DNA of 64,000 nucleotides from an uncultured Chthonomonadaceae bacterium (GCA_963835065.1 CAWIEK010000060.1:96001-160000), one strand, 5' to 3'; positions 1 through 10,672 are shown, counted from the first letter of the stretch. Made by a program: numbers and translations. The notes: generated from the sequence alone by a model not told the origin.

Positions 1-757
1 GTCGCCTTCTCTCCCGATGGCAAGCGGATTGTCACAGGTGGTTACGACAAGACGGCGAAGGTGTGGGACGCGCAAAGCGGACAGCCACTGTTCACGCTCA
101 AAGGACATACAAACGATATTGATGCCGTACGCCTTCTCGCCCGATGGCAAGAGGATTGTCACAGGCAGTAGGGACAAAACAGTGAAGGTGTGGGATGCGC
201 AAACTGGGCAGGAAACACTCACGCTCAATGGGCATACAAACGATGTCCTTGCCGTTGCCTACTCACCAGATGGCAAGAGGATGGTCACAGGCAGCTGGGA
301 CGACACGGCGAAGGTGTGGGACGCCCAGAGTGGACAGGAGACACTTACGCTCAAAGGACATACTAGTTTTGTTACTGCCGTCGCCTTCTCTCCCGATGGC
401 AAGAGAATCGTGACGGGTAGTTGGGACAAAACAGTGAAGGTGTGGGATGCGCAAACTGGACAGGAAACACTTACACTCAAAGGACATACGAACACTATCG
501 CCGCTGTTGCCTTCTCGCCGGATGGCAAGAGGATTGTCACGAGTAGCGGAAATGTTTTTTCAGGTGGTTACGACAAAACGGCGAAGGTGTGGGACGCGCA
601 AAGCGGACAGCCACTGCTCACGCTCAAAGGACATACGAACTTTGTTACTGCCGTCGCCTTCTCTCCCGATGGCAAGAGAATCGTGACGGGTAGTAATGAC
701 CACACGGCGAAAGTGTGGATTTCCGATCCGAATGCAAAAAGTCTGCGTGAAAAATAG
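1..757 (+). CDS. WD40-repeat (beta-propeller) protein, C-terminal part; 5' end outside the window; +1 frameshift at ~129
   Basis: Six near-identical 42-aa repeats VAFSPDGKRIVTGSxDKTxKVWDAQxGQExLTLKGH start at 1, 127, 254, 380, 506 and 653. An extra A in 'gtacgccttc' at ~129 shifts the frame. Confidence 0.92.
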   Translation, partial: SPSLPMASGLSQVVTTRRRRCGTRKADSHCSRSKDIQTILMPYAFSPDGKRIVTGSRDKTVKVWDAQTGQETLTLNGHTNDVLAVAYSPDGKRMVTGSWDDTAKVWDAQSGQETLTLKGHTSFVTAVAFSPDGKRIVTGSWDKTVKVWDAQTGQETLTLKGHTNTIAAVAFSPDGKRIVTSSGNVFSGGYDKTAKVWDAQSGQPLLTLKGHTNFVTAVAFSPDGKRIVTGSNDHTAKVWISDPNAKSLREK

Positions 758-853
758 AATTCGACAGCAGGCAACAACTGTCACTAACAGTTTAGATTTT
801 GTGCGCAACATTCCATCACGCGCCCGCAGTTCCGCGCTTTTCAGGAGGGGCTT

Positions 854-2927
854 CATGCCTGCCAGCACAGCCTTTGACGCGCGTATCGCGCACGTTCTCT
901 TTCTCGACATCGTTGGTTACTCCCGCCAGACGACGACGGCTCAGTCGCGCCTGATAGAGAAACTGAACGCTGTCCTCAACACCGTTCCCACGCTTGTCGC
1001 TGCAAAGTCCGCCGAAGCCGTCCACATTATGCCCCTTGGCGACGGCATGCCGCTCGCGTTCTGGGAGGATGTCCTCGCGCCCGTTCGCGCCGCTGTCGAA
1101 ATCGCTCATGCCGCCAACCGGAACGCGCTGCCCCTTCGCATCGGCCTTCACAGCGGGCTTGTTTTGCCGCAGATAGACGCCGCAGGCCGCGATAACTTTA
1201 TCGGGGAAGGCATCAACACCGCGCAGCGCGTCATGGACTTCGGCGATGCCGGACACATCCTCCTCTCCGCCCAATACGCCGCGTGGCTTCAGCACTTCGA
1301 CGAATGGGCTGATTTAATCCACCCGCTCGGCGAAGGAACCGCCAAACACGACCAGATCATCTCCCTGTACAGCCTGTACGGGGAGGATTTCGGGCTTGCC
1401 ACTCCGCCCGCCAAACTCACCAGGCCCGCCACAAACCAGTCCACTCCCGCCGCGCAAATTGTCGCGCCCGGCAAGCGCATCGTACTGCTGTATCGTCCCA
1501 ATCTCCAGCCCGACGAGAACGTTCTGCACACGCTCGAAGCCCGCCTGCAAATGCTGGGGCACGAGGTCTTCATAGACCACCAACAAAAAATCAGCCCCGC
1601 GTGGGCCAGAGCCGTTGAGGAGCCAATTCGCCGCGCCGACGCCGTTGTCGCCATCGTTTCTCCGCTCTCCCTTCGCTCCGAAATGCTCGAATACGAGGTC
1701 GAAACCGCGCACGACCAGTTCCTCCACTCCGGCAAACCCATCCTCCTGCCCGTTCGTATCGGCCCGGAAGAGCCGCCGGAAGGAGCCATCGTTTCCATCC
1801 TCCAGCCGCTCCATTATTTCACCTGGAACAGCCCCGACGACGACGAGCGCCTGATTGCCGAACTTTTATCCGCCATTACCGAACCCCTCAAGCCTCGTTC
1901 CGAAGAGATACAGTTGGAACCCATTGGCGGCGCGGTTCCTCCCAACTCTCCGTTTTACGTGCGCCGGGAGTGCGATGCGGAGTTTTTCAAGGCGCTGGAC
2001 GCGCGCGAAAGTATCCTGTTGGTGAAAGGGGCGCGGCAGGTCGGCAAAACCTCCCTGCTGGCGCAGGGAATCATTCACGCGGAGGAAGCAGGCTATCGCG
2101 TTGCCATGACCGACTTCCAGAAGTTCAATACCGCCCAACTCGCGTCCGATGAAATCTTCTACAAACTGCTTGCCACCATCCTTATGCGGCAATTAAAGTT
2201 TGCCTACGATTTTGAAGGCGCCTGGAACGCGATTTTAGGGGGAAATATGTGCATGGAGGACTTCCTGCGTGACCTTCTGAATTCTGCCGGGGAACATCTG
2301 GTCTGGTTCATGGACGAAGTAGACAAAGTCTTTGCCGCGCCGTTTGCCACCGACTTCTTCGCCCTCGTTCGCTCGTGGCACAACTCCCGCTCCACCGAGC
2401 GCTCCGGTCCCTGGCGCAAGCTCACGGTCGTCATCGGCTACGCCACCGAAGCCCATCTCTTCATTCGAGACCTCAATCAATCCCCGTTCAACGTCGGGCG
2501 CAAACTTAATCTGGAGGACTTCAAGCTTCAGCAGACCGCGGACCTGAATGGACGGTATGGCGGGCCGTTGAAAAGCCACGCCGAAGCCGAAGCCCTCTAC
2601 GCCCTGATTGGCGGACAGCCCTTCCTCACCCGCGCTGCCCTCGACGCGCTGGCGTCCGGGCGCGAATCGCTGCCTTCCCTCCTCGCACACGCCGACGCGG
2701 ATGACGGACCGTTCAGCGACCACCTCAAGCGCCTGCTTATCTCCGTTTCCGTTCTGCCGGATGTGGCCGATTATGCGCGGGCTGTGCTTGCCGGTTCCGC
2801 CCTGCCGCATCAGGACGCCTATTACCGCCTGCTTTCCGCCGGAATCATCAAGCATCCCGGCGGCGGCAAGGTAGATTTCCGCTGCGAACTCTACCGCCGC
2901 TATCTTTCCCGCCTGTTGCCGGCATAG
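854..2927 (+). CDS. Class III nucleotide cyclase + TIR + AAA_35 (STAND-type) ATPase fusion
   Basis: Cyclase motifs VLFLDIVGYS, GDG, LRIGLHSG and GINTAQR. TIR-like FID...ADAVVAIVS...SEMLEYEV...LLPVR. AAA_35 motifs GGAVPPNSPFYVRR, Walker A GARQVGKTS, Walker B WFMDEVD and QSPFNVG. AGGAGG precedes ATG 854. Confidence 0.88.
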
Positions 2928-3017
2928 CGCTCTGTTCTCCTATAGTATAATATCCTACACATCGTGTCATTCGTCAGCAGTGACTGTGGCGGTCAACCTG
3001 CGCAGGAGAGGGCATCT

Positions 3018-3140
3018 ATGAACACAAACTTGGTTGTTGAGATAGTTGGCGGTGAACCGTATGTGTTCGCGCCGTTAGGACACTACATTGTTCGTGCCGT
3101 CGGGGTTTGTGGCGGGCGTCCGACAGTCATCATGGTATAA
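3018..3140 (+). pseudogene. Truncated DUF433-like (antitoxin) N-terminal fragment
   Basis: MNTNLVVEIVGGEPYVFAPLGHYIVRAVGVCGGRPTVIMV* has the DUF433-like 'I.R..GVCGGRPT' motif but stops before the usual TRI motif. AGGAG upstream. Confidence 0.5.
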
Positions 3141-3170
3141 TGAAAAGCCGACGCGAAAGGAACTGTAGCA

Positions 3171-3413
3171 ATGGAAGAAAGCGAACTCTCTCCTGACGCG
3201 CAACGCGAACAGGCTGCGTTGCAAGTGTCCATCGAACGTATGCGTATCGAACGCCTTGAACTCGCTGCCCAAAACCGCGACTTACAGGCTCTCATCGAAC
3301 GCGAAGAACGGTTTGCAGCGCATCTTCGGGAGGTTATTGCAGCGTCCTGCGCCGAGCGTCAAGCCATAGAAGCCGAAAAATCCCGTATTTTTAGCGCCGC
3401 AGGACGTTCCTAA
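3171..3413 (+). CDS. Small coiled-coil hypothetical protein
   Basis: 80-aa helical ORF with an AAGGA RBS and an extended -10 (TGgTATAAT, 3133-3141). Its stop overlaps the next ATG. Confidence 0.65.
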   Translation: MEESELSPDAQREQAALQVSIERMRIERLELAAQNRDLQALIEREERFAAHLREVIAASCAERQAIEAEKSRIFSAAGRS

Positions 3414-3532
3414 TGCGCCGTACTTTGCGCCAGTCTGTCCGTACTCGCTATGAATTTCGGTGTGGCTATTGCGGCATTAGTGAGACCAATATCGGGGCGG
3501 AAAGGGGTATGCGCAGTGCATGGCGGAAATGA
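3413..3532 (+). pseudogene. HNH endonuclease N-terminal remnant
   Basis: MRRTLRQSVRTRYEFRCGYCGISETNIGAE... carries the first CxxC of HNH nucleases. The DH...N...N core is missing. Confidence 0.6.
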
Positions 3533-3750
3533 TTGCGGCGCAACGCTTCAACGAGCGGGAAGGCACGGTGATAGCGCGTCTCGCCGGGGTGGTGACTATC
3601 GGGGAGTTGTGGCGGTTTATGGAGTTGGAGGGAACAACCGCGCGGCTGGATTCGCGCAGTTATCACATTGATCGCTTGCACAAGATCATGGGTATTTTGC
3701 TGCATTTGACCGGGATGTGCCCCTCAACGGACGGCGCGGCGCAACCCTGA
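3505..3750 (+). pseudogene. C-terminal remnant of a restriction-endonuclease-like (PD-(D/E)xK) hypothetical protein
   Basis: GYAQCMAEMIAAQRFNERE...GVVTIGELWRFMELEG...KIMGIL resembles the C-terminus of a family common in cyanobacteria (recalled). The N-terminus is absent. Confidence 0.5.
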
Positions 3751-3800
3751 AGATAATGGCGGTCGGTGGCATTGCGAGTAAGCAGAGTGGAGAAGCCAGA

Positions 3801-5530
3801 ATGAATTGGAACGAGGTGTTGACACCGGAGAAACTTCAACACTATGCGGGAAGCCGCTCGTATGCGGCAGGTGTCGAATACGCCCATGCCGGAGCCGTCA
3901 CCGGCCTGGTGGCGAGCGAACACGCGCTTACGGCGTTTGTACAGGGAACGGAAACCTATGAGGTCACACTGGAAGTTGACGCGGAAGGCGATTTGCTCGC
4001 GGATTGCTCCTGCCCCTACGGAGCTGAAGGCAATTTCTGCAAACATTGTGTCGCGGTCGGCATTGCCTGGCGGGAAGACGCCGTTTCTGCCGAAGGAACT
4101 TCTGTGCCGACCTGGACAGCGTTTCAGGAGTATCTGGAAAAACAGGAGAAAGCAACCCTCGTCGCTCTCTTACTCGAACAAGTCCGCAAAGACACCAACC
4201 TGCAAAATCATCTCCTGCTCAAAATCGCGCAGGCTGCGCCCGATGCCCCCGACATGAACGCCTTTCGTAAAACCATTCGGCGTACCTTTGCCGTTTCGGG
4301 TTTTCTCGAATACGGGGAGGTCTACGATTATGTCAGCGGCATTGAAACGGTTCTCCAATCGCTGCGGGCGTTGCTGAAAAGCGGCTTCGCACTGGAAACC
4401 CGGCAACTGACCGAATATGCCCTCGGAGAACTGTACGAACAAATCCCCAACGCCGACGACTCCAGTGGCTCTATCGGAGGTGTGTTATCGGAACTGCACG
4501 TCCTGCATCTTCAGGCCACGCTCCAGGCTCCGCCGCCACTGCAAGAGTTGGTGGAATGGCTGTTGAAAATCGAACTGGCAACAGAGTGGGACATCGAAGT
4601 CGGCTGGAAAGACTACCTGCCGGTTCTGGGCGAATGGGGGAAGCAACGCTTCTGCGCGGAAGTAAAAGCCCGATGGGAAGCGTTGCCCCACCTTGCCCCC
4701 GGTGACAAATCCGCCTACTCCGGCAGCCGTTATGCCCTCACGCGCTTGATGATCGCGTTTGCCGAAGAACAGGATGATTTACACGCTGTTATCGCCATCA
4801 AAAAGCGCAATCTGTCCTTGCCGTATCACTTTCTGGAAATCGCCCAACTCTATAACAAGGCTGGAGAACCCGACGCTGCCCTGGAGTGGGCGGAGAAAGG
4901 CCGCGCGGCGTTCCCGGACAATACCGACGAACGTTTGCTCGACTTTCTGATGGAAGAATATACGCGCCGGGAGCGCTATGGAGACGCCTATGCCATTCTC
5001 TGGCAGCGCTTTGTGGAACGCCCCATGCTTGTCGCCTACCAACTCCTCCGCGAGTATGCGCAGGTGCGTGGCGAATGGGACGCCTGGCGCGAGCGTTGCT
5101 GGCAGCATCTCCGCGCCGCGCGGGCGCAAAAACCGAAGCCGAAAACGGCGGGATCGCTATGGTTCCCACATGCCTATGACCATTCGGAAGAGGTGCGTAT
5201 TTTGCTATGGGAGGGACGAAACGATGAGGCCTGGCAGGAAGCGAGCGACGGCGACTGTTCCAGAGACCTGTGGCTGGCGCTGGCTTCCACACGCGAAGTA
5301 AGCCATCCAGAAGACGCGCTGCGCCTCTATCAAGAGGAGGCGAGAAGAGGATCGCGGCAGCCACCGGGGATTATAGCGAACCGTTACGCTTTCTGCTCAA
5401 AGCGCGCGAGATTCTGTTGCGAACCGGACGCGGCGACGAGTTCCGCAGCTATAGTCAGCGTCTGCGTACCGAACACAAACGCAAACGCAACTTTATCAAA
5501 TTGCTCGACGCCAACCATTTCCCGGCCTGA
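3801..5530 (+). CDS. SWIM zinc-finger protein with TPR-like C-terminus; frameshift at ~5345
   Basis: CSCP...FCKHCVA SWIM motif. The helical C-terminus continues in another frame (EKRIAAATGDY...HKRKRNFIKLLD*). Confidence 0.85.
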
Positions 5531-5603
5531 CGCGCCTGCCGCTTGCGACGAACCGGGGCGCAACGGGTACGGATAGAGCAACCTCGAAAATTCCTTACGC
5601 TTT

Positions 5604-6023
5604 TCAGTGCTTGAATTTGGAGGCTTCGGCGGCGACATGGGGCGGAAGCATTTCGGCGGAAAAGCGGACGAACTGCGTGGGCGGGTTTTTGCCCGGACGG
5701 TGTACGACGAGCAGACCCTTCTGAAGGTCCTCGCAGTAGATCACGTTTCCCATCGCGCCGTTCATGGTCATGCCGCCATGAATGAAGTTGTATTCCGCAA
5801 TCCGTATCAGGCGCAGGCCGTCCAGCCGCACCTTGTCGGTTTTGAAAATCTCGCCGCCAATATGTCCCAACAGTTTCAGCAGCAGGTCATCTTCCGCCGG
5901 TTCGCCAAGCGCGAAGAAGTCCGGGTCTTCGCCGAAGTTGTCGAAAAAGTATTCAAACACGTCGGCGAAGACTTTGGCGGTGGCGATTTTGTAGCGCAGG
6001 GTTTCGAGCAGGGTGATGTCCAT
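5604..6023 (-). CDS. Conserved hypothetical protein
   Basis: 139-aa ORF with genome-typical codon usage (YFFDNFGEDPDF...FIHG). Confidence 0.75.
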   Translation of the reverse strand: MDITLLETLRYKIATAKVFADVFEYFFDNFGEDPDFFALGEPAEDDLLLKLLGHIGGEIFKTDKVRLDGLRLIRIAEYNFIHGGMTMNGAMGNVIYCEDLQKGLLVVHRPGKNPPTQFVRFSAEMLPPHVAAEASKFKH

Positions 6024-6363
6024 CGGTTGGCTTCTTTCGTGTATTCATTTCACAGGGTAAGCGGGACGGCAGCGTCCTTTCTGCTTGGTATTTCGTGATT
6101 GCGCGGTGATATTCCTTTTTCCAAACTAACAGGGCGTAGATCGCAAAAAGGAGAGCCAAAGGCCGTCTTGATTCTATGTTCTCTTTCGTGCCACAATCTG
6201 CCGGGATTGGAGACGCAATGGCTCTGAAGAGGCAATGGCTCTGAAGCCGTAACGGATTTACAAGCCGGTATAACCTAATATCCGTCCGACAACTACCATA
6301 GATTGGGTTCCGACCTCCTTTTATCTCGCCGCTTAGTATTTTGTATTGGAGAGACACAGGCAC

Positions 6364-7332
6364 ATGCGTACCATCAACATCGGTTCACGGGCCAGTCAGC
6401 TTGCGCGGACACAGGCGCAGGGCATTGCGGAAATGCTGCGGCAGGCGCATCCCGGCCTGGACGCGCGGCTGCGCATTGTGTCCACGCATGGCGACCGGGA
6501 CCGAGTGACCAGCCTGCGCAGCCTGGGCGCGACGGGCGTGTTTACCAAAGAACTGGAAATCGAGCTATTTGAGGGTACGATTGACCTGGCGGTTCATTCG
6601 CTCAAGGACGTGCCCACCACCCTGCCGGACGGTTTGATATTAGGCGCGGTTCCGCCCCGCGAAGACCTGCGGGACGCGCTGTGCGGCGCGCGCTTGTCCG
6701 ACCTGAACCCCGGCGCGCGGGTTGGAACGGGTTCGCCGCGCCGACAGGCGCAATTACTGCACCTGCGCCCCGATCTGGAAATCGTTCCCCTGCGCGGTAA
6801 CGTTCCGACCCGCCTGCAGCGTCTAAAAGGCGCGGACAAAGTAGACGCCGTGCTGCTGGCGGCTGCCGGTCTGCACCGATTGGGCTACGCGCAGCATATC
6901 ACGGAACTGCTGCCGCTGGAACAGTTTCCCCCGTCACCCTCACAGGGCGCATTAGGACTGGAAATTCGGGAGGAAGACGCAGGGTTACGGGCACAGCTTG
7001 CCGCGCTGGATGACAAAAGCGCGAGTTTGGCGGTGCGGGCGGAACGCGCTCTGCTCAATGAACTGCACGGCGGATGCAGCGTACCCGTCGGCGCGTATGG
7101 GCTGGTTCAAAACGACGCTTTGTTTTTGCGGGCGCAGGTGACATCATTGGACGGGCGCGACGCGGTTATTCAGGAAATGACCTATCCCCTGAACGCGCCC
7201 GATTTCACGCCTGAAGCTGCAGGCCGCGAACTGGCAAACCGCCTGCGCGACGCGGGCGCAGGCGACATTTTAGCCCGCATCCGCATTGCCGACGATCCCG
7301 ACGTACGCAACGCGGAACAGGCGCTCACGTAA
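6364..7332 (+). CDS. hemC: Hydroxymethylbilane synthase (porphobilinogen deaminase)
   Basis: IGSRASQLARTQ, GVFTKELE, DLAVHSLKDVP, GTGSPRRQAQ, LRGNVPTRL and the cofactor Cys in GGCSVPVG. Confidence 0.97.
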   Translation: MRTINIGSRASQLARTQAQGIAEMLRQAHPGLDARLRIVSTHGDRDRVTSLRSLGATGVFTKELEIELFEGTIDLAVHSLKDVPTTLPDGLILGAVPPREDLRDALCGARLSDLNPGARVGTGSPRRQAQLLHLRPDLEIVPLRGNVPTRLQRLKGADKVDAVLLAAAGLHRLGYAQHITELLPLEQFPPSPSQGALGLEIREEDAGLRAQLAALDDKSASLAVRAERALLNELHGGCSVPVGAYGLVQNDALFLRAQVTSLDGRDAVIQEMTYPLNAPDFTPEAAGRELANRLRDAGAGDILARIRIADDPDVRNAEQALT

Positions 7333-7510
7333 GAAGCAGGAGATATTACCTGCGATTTTCCGATATTTTACTGCTGTACGCGCCTCGCCACGAACGTTTA
7401 TGTCTGTCTGAGCCGTCATAATAATGGCACAACTTTGTTGCCGGCAATCTTTTCCTGCCTCTCGCCTTTATCCCCTGTGCCGTCTCTTTCCTGGAAGAAG
7501 TGGAGAAACC

Positions 7511-8272
7511 ATGTTGAAATCTCGCGCGTTCACGCTGATTGAATTGCTCGTTGTCATCGCCATTATCGCCATCCTCGCCGCCATCCTGTTTCCCGTCTTC
7601 GCGCAAGCGCGGGAAAAGGCGCGGCAGACAAGCTGCCTGTCTAATCTCAAGCAGATCGGTACGGCTACATTAATGTATGTGCAGGATTACGACAAATCCT
7701 ATCCCAATGAAGGCGGTTACCAAACGCCGCTGTACTTTCAGCCCACCGCCGACAGTACGCCCCTGCGCGACATCCAACCCTACGCCAAAAATTACGATCT
7801 TTACAAATGCCCCAGTTCCTCCAACTTCATCAGTCTGACGCCCGCCACGCCCCATAAGGAATACCGGGCCGCCATCCTCCCCAGCGGCGTGATCTTCGGC
7901 GTACAGTGTAAATACCAGCAGTTCGGCGGGCGTTGCGGCATGAACATTTCGGGGATTGTCCAGCCCGCTTCTGTCGTCATGATGCGCGATCACCACGACA
8001 GCTTTGACGCCGACATTCTCCGCCCCATTTACAACAGCGCCGACCACTTCTACTATGCCGTTGCCGATTCGCGCCCGGCCTCTACGTGGGGTATTCACAC
8101 GGAGGGCAACGTCCTGCTTTATTCCGATGGTCACTCCAAGTGGAAGAAGACGATTGCGATTACGCCCCGCGATTTCGGCCTGGGCAGCAATGGTACGCAC
8201 AGTGCCGACCAGGGCAATTTGACCGGGAATGAAGCGGGCCTGCCCATTGATCCCACCCTGGTAAGCCAGTGA
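7511..8272 (+). CDS. Prepilin-type N-methylation / DUF1559 / H-X9-DG protein
   Basis: [45 protein letters not shown] at the N-terminus and [13 protein letters not shown] near the C-terminus. Confidence 0.95.
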   Translation: MLKSRAFTLIELLVVIAIIAILAAILFPVFAQAREKARQTSCLSNLKQIGTATLMYVQDYDKSYPNEGGYQTPLYFQPTADSTPLRDIQPYAKNYDLYKCPSSSNFISLTPATPHKEYRAAILPSGVIFGVQCKYQQFGGRCGMNISGIVQPASVVMMRDHHDSFDADILRPIYNSADHFYYAVADSRPASTWGIHTEGNVLLYSDGHSKWKKTIAITPRDFGLGSNGTHSADQGNLTGNEAGLPIDPTLVSQ

Positions 8273-8404
8273 TCTATACCGACTGCCAACCGGTTTAACG
8301 TTGGCATCACAGCGGCACGGGTGTGAAGGAGATATAGCATCACTATCACGTAAGCGCCAATCGGTTGAAGATTTGCAGGGCAGTCCTGGAAGGAAACGGA
8401 AGTT

Positions 8405-9082
8405 ATGAGGATCGCGCAAGGAATTTTGTTGTCGGCGGTATTGTCCGCCGCGTCAGTGGTCCTGTTGGGAAAAATTTCCGGCGGGCAGCAAACCGTGAAG
8501 GCGCAGGCGACCGGGGAAGGCAAAATCGGCAAACCCCTGTTTGTCACGGCTGCGACAAGTATGTGTGGGCCGATGGAGCAGGAGTATCCCTTCGACGCCC
8601 AAACCTATGGCAAGGTAAGTGGGTATAGTCCCGCAACTTCCGAAGCCGCGAAAATCGTTCTTTATACCCGCGCCCTTGATAAAAACTTCTTTCGCGTCGC
8701 TGCCGCGATAGACGCGCTTGTCGCCAAGAACAAAAGCCTCACGGAGTCACTGGTCATCGTGATGGATGAAAAGGGCGCGCAGCGGGGCGGTTACAGCGTG
8801 GAAGAAGTTCAGCAGCGCCGAAATGAGATACGCAGGCTTGCCGCGCAGAATCACATCACGCATCTTACCTTCTTCCTTTCCGCGCCCAAAGCCGAATCCA
8901 TAGCCCCACGCCTGGGACTGACCGACACCAATCTGCTCATTGCCGACCTTGTCCGCGCCGACGTTCCCGACAAACACGCGCTCGTGCAGTGGTTCACGCG
9001 CCTGGATACCACGCATTTGTCCGAGCAAGCCTTTCAGGAAACTCTCGCCTCCCTTCGGGAAAGAATGAAAAGCGATGGCTGA
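8405..9082 (+). CDS. Exported hypothetical protein
   Basis: N-terminal hydrophobic signal-like segment; 225-aa ORF. Confidence 0.7.
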   Translation: MRIAQGILLSAVLSAASVVLLGKISGGQQTVKAQATGEGKIGKPLFVTAATSMCGPMEQEYPFDAQTYGKVSGYSPATSEAAKIVLYTRALDKNFFRVAAAIDALVAKNKSLTESLVIVMDEKGAQRGGYSVEEVQQRRNEIRRLAAQNHITHLTFFLSAPKAESIAPRLGLTDTNLLIADLVRADVPDKHALVQWFTRLDTTHLSEQAFQETLASLRERMKSDG

Positions 9083-9305
9083 TATTGAAACAGAAGACGA
9101 ACTGCGACCTGAATACGAACTGACAAGTCTCCGCGTTTGCCGTGTGGGAGCGGCGCGAACGCATTTCAAAGGTGTGCTGGTATCCCTGGAACCGGACGTT
9201 GCGGCAGTATTCGCAGATGCCGCTTCCGTCAATGAAGCGCTTCGCTTCGTAATCAAGATGGCGAAAGAGAATCCGCTATCGCTACAAAGTCCCACCAATT
9301 CATAA
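9075..9305 (+). CDS. Small antitoxin-like protein (BrnA/CopG-like), orphan
   Basis: DELRPEY...VSLEPDVAAVF...SVNEALR is a pattern typical of BrnT-associated antitoxins. No intact toxin is adjacent. Confidence 0.6.
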   Translation: MADIETEDELRPEYELTSLRVCRVGAARTHFKGVLVSLEPDVAAVFADAASVNEALRFVIKMAKENPLSLQSPTNS

Positions 9306-9695
9306 GGAGGACAGAGACACTATGCGTGACGATGAATTTGCAATATGACTGGAACAAAACTATCGAACGAGAAACGGTAGTCGCCTCGGAGTTTATCCGC
9401 AAAGAGATGCCAGATCGCGCTGCAAGCGGGTTGAACAGCACGAGGGTGGTTTAGACAGGCACTTCGCTCAAGATAAGATGGCAAGTCTTTTGCAAATTCT
9501 CGCCTACTCCCGCTCAGAGGAGAGGAATGGCGTGTCACCTCAATATAGTATTACCTTTAACGGAGATCCCGTAAATGGAACCACTTCTTTACGGTATGCC
9601 GTTAATCTGTACTACTTGTTCTGTCTGGATTGCCCGCCAAAAGAAAGACTGTAAGCAGCCTCACGCCATTGGTGAAGTATCTGACGCTTGAATAC

Positions 9696-9729
9696 AATCG
9701 CCTTCCGGGCAATTTGCCGGAAGGCGGTT
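9696..9729 (-). terminator. Hairpin after the oxidoreductase operon
   Basis: AATCGCCTTCCGG...CCGGAAGGCGGTT inverted repeat about 30 bp after the aldo/keto reductase stop. Confidence 0.6.
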
Positions 9730-9760
9730 ATACTTCCATATTGCCGAAATGTAGTGGCAA

Positions 9761-10672
9761 TCAGGCGGGCGTTTCGCCAACCGCATCAAGGCGGCGCTTG
9801 GCTTCGGCGTAAACGTCCGTTGGCAGTGGCCCTTTGGCCGCAATGTCAATGTTTTCCTGCAGGTGTTCGGGGATGAGCGTGCCGACAATGGTAGTGTGAA
9901 TGTCGGGGTGCGACAGCAGGAAGCGCAGCAGGAACCCGCTCCGGCTTTCACCTTCATCGCGCAGTTCGTCCATTTTGGCGTCCTCGAATTTCTTCCAACG
10001 GTCATGATTGCCCAGCCCCACGCCGGGTTCGCCGCGCGCTACGCCGCCCCGGTCTATAATGCCCGCGCCCGCCTGCGCCGCCCGCGTAATCACCTTCTCA
10101 TGCTGACGCTCCAGAGCCGAATAGGGAATCTGAAACACGTCGAAAACGCCCTGCTTGATGTACGTGGCGATGTGCGGCAGGGTTGCGGAGCAGCCGATCC
10201 AGCGTACTTTGCCCTGTTGCTTCATTTCCTGCAAAACCGTCACGAGATCGCCCTGCTCCACCTGCTCTACGGACGGGTTGTGCAATTGCATCACGTCCAC
10301 ATAGTCCGTCTTCATCCGTTGCAGACTTTCGTGCAGGCCGCGAAACAGATTTTCGCGCGTCCAAATGTGGGGCGTTTCGTCCGTGTTCTCGTCCTTGCGA
10401 ACAACGGTGCAGCCGCATTTGGTGGCGATGTAAAATTCACTGCGGCGGTTGCTGATGTACTTGCCGATGAACTCCTCGCTGCGCCCGTAATCGTTGGCCG
10501 TATCTATGAAGTTGATGCCCGCGTCCAGCACGGCATTTAGAATCGTGTCGGCCTGCTCTTCCGTTACGGGTCGCCCGCCCCAGATGCGCGAGCCGCGCAC
10601 TTCCATCGCGCCATAGCCAAGCGCGGTTACTTCCAGCCCCGTGCGTCCCAATATCCGTTTTTCCAATGCCAT
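9761..10672 (-). CDS. Aldo/keto reductase
   Basis: LGRTGLEVTALGYG, GINFIDTANDYG, IATKCG, DVMQLH and GKVRWIG. Confidence 0.95.
   Translation of the reverse strand: MALEKRILGRTGLEVTALGYGAMEVRGSRIWGGRPVTEEQADTILNAVLDAGINFIDTANDYGRSEEFIGKYISNRRSEFYIATKCGCTVVRKDENTDETPHIWTRENLFRGLHESLQRMKTDYVDVMQLHNPSVEQVEQGDLVTVLQEMKQQGKVRWIGCSATLPHIATYIKQGVFDVFQIPYSALERQHEKVITRAAQAGAGIIDRGGVARGEPGVGLGNHDRWKKFEDAKMDELRDEGESRSGFLLRFLLSHPDIHTTIVGTLIPEHLQENIDIAAKGPLPTDVYAEAKRRLDAVGETPA

Noticed and set aside
1..757. WD40 repeats as a DGR target
   Set aside because: No reverse transcriptase or template repeat is present, and the variation is not adenine-specific.
6215..6246. 15-bp direct repeat GCAATGGCTCTGAAG x2
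   Set aside because: Only two copies and no associated element; probably a local duplication.
7425..7441. TGGCAC...TTGC upstream of the prepilin-type gene as a sigma54 promoter
   Set aside because: The GG-to-GC spacing is 12 rather than the required 10.
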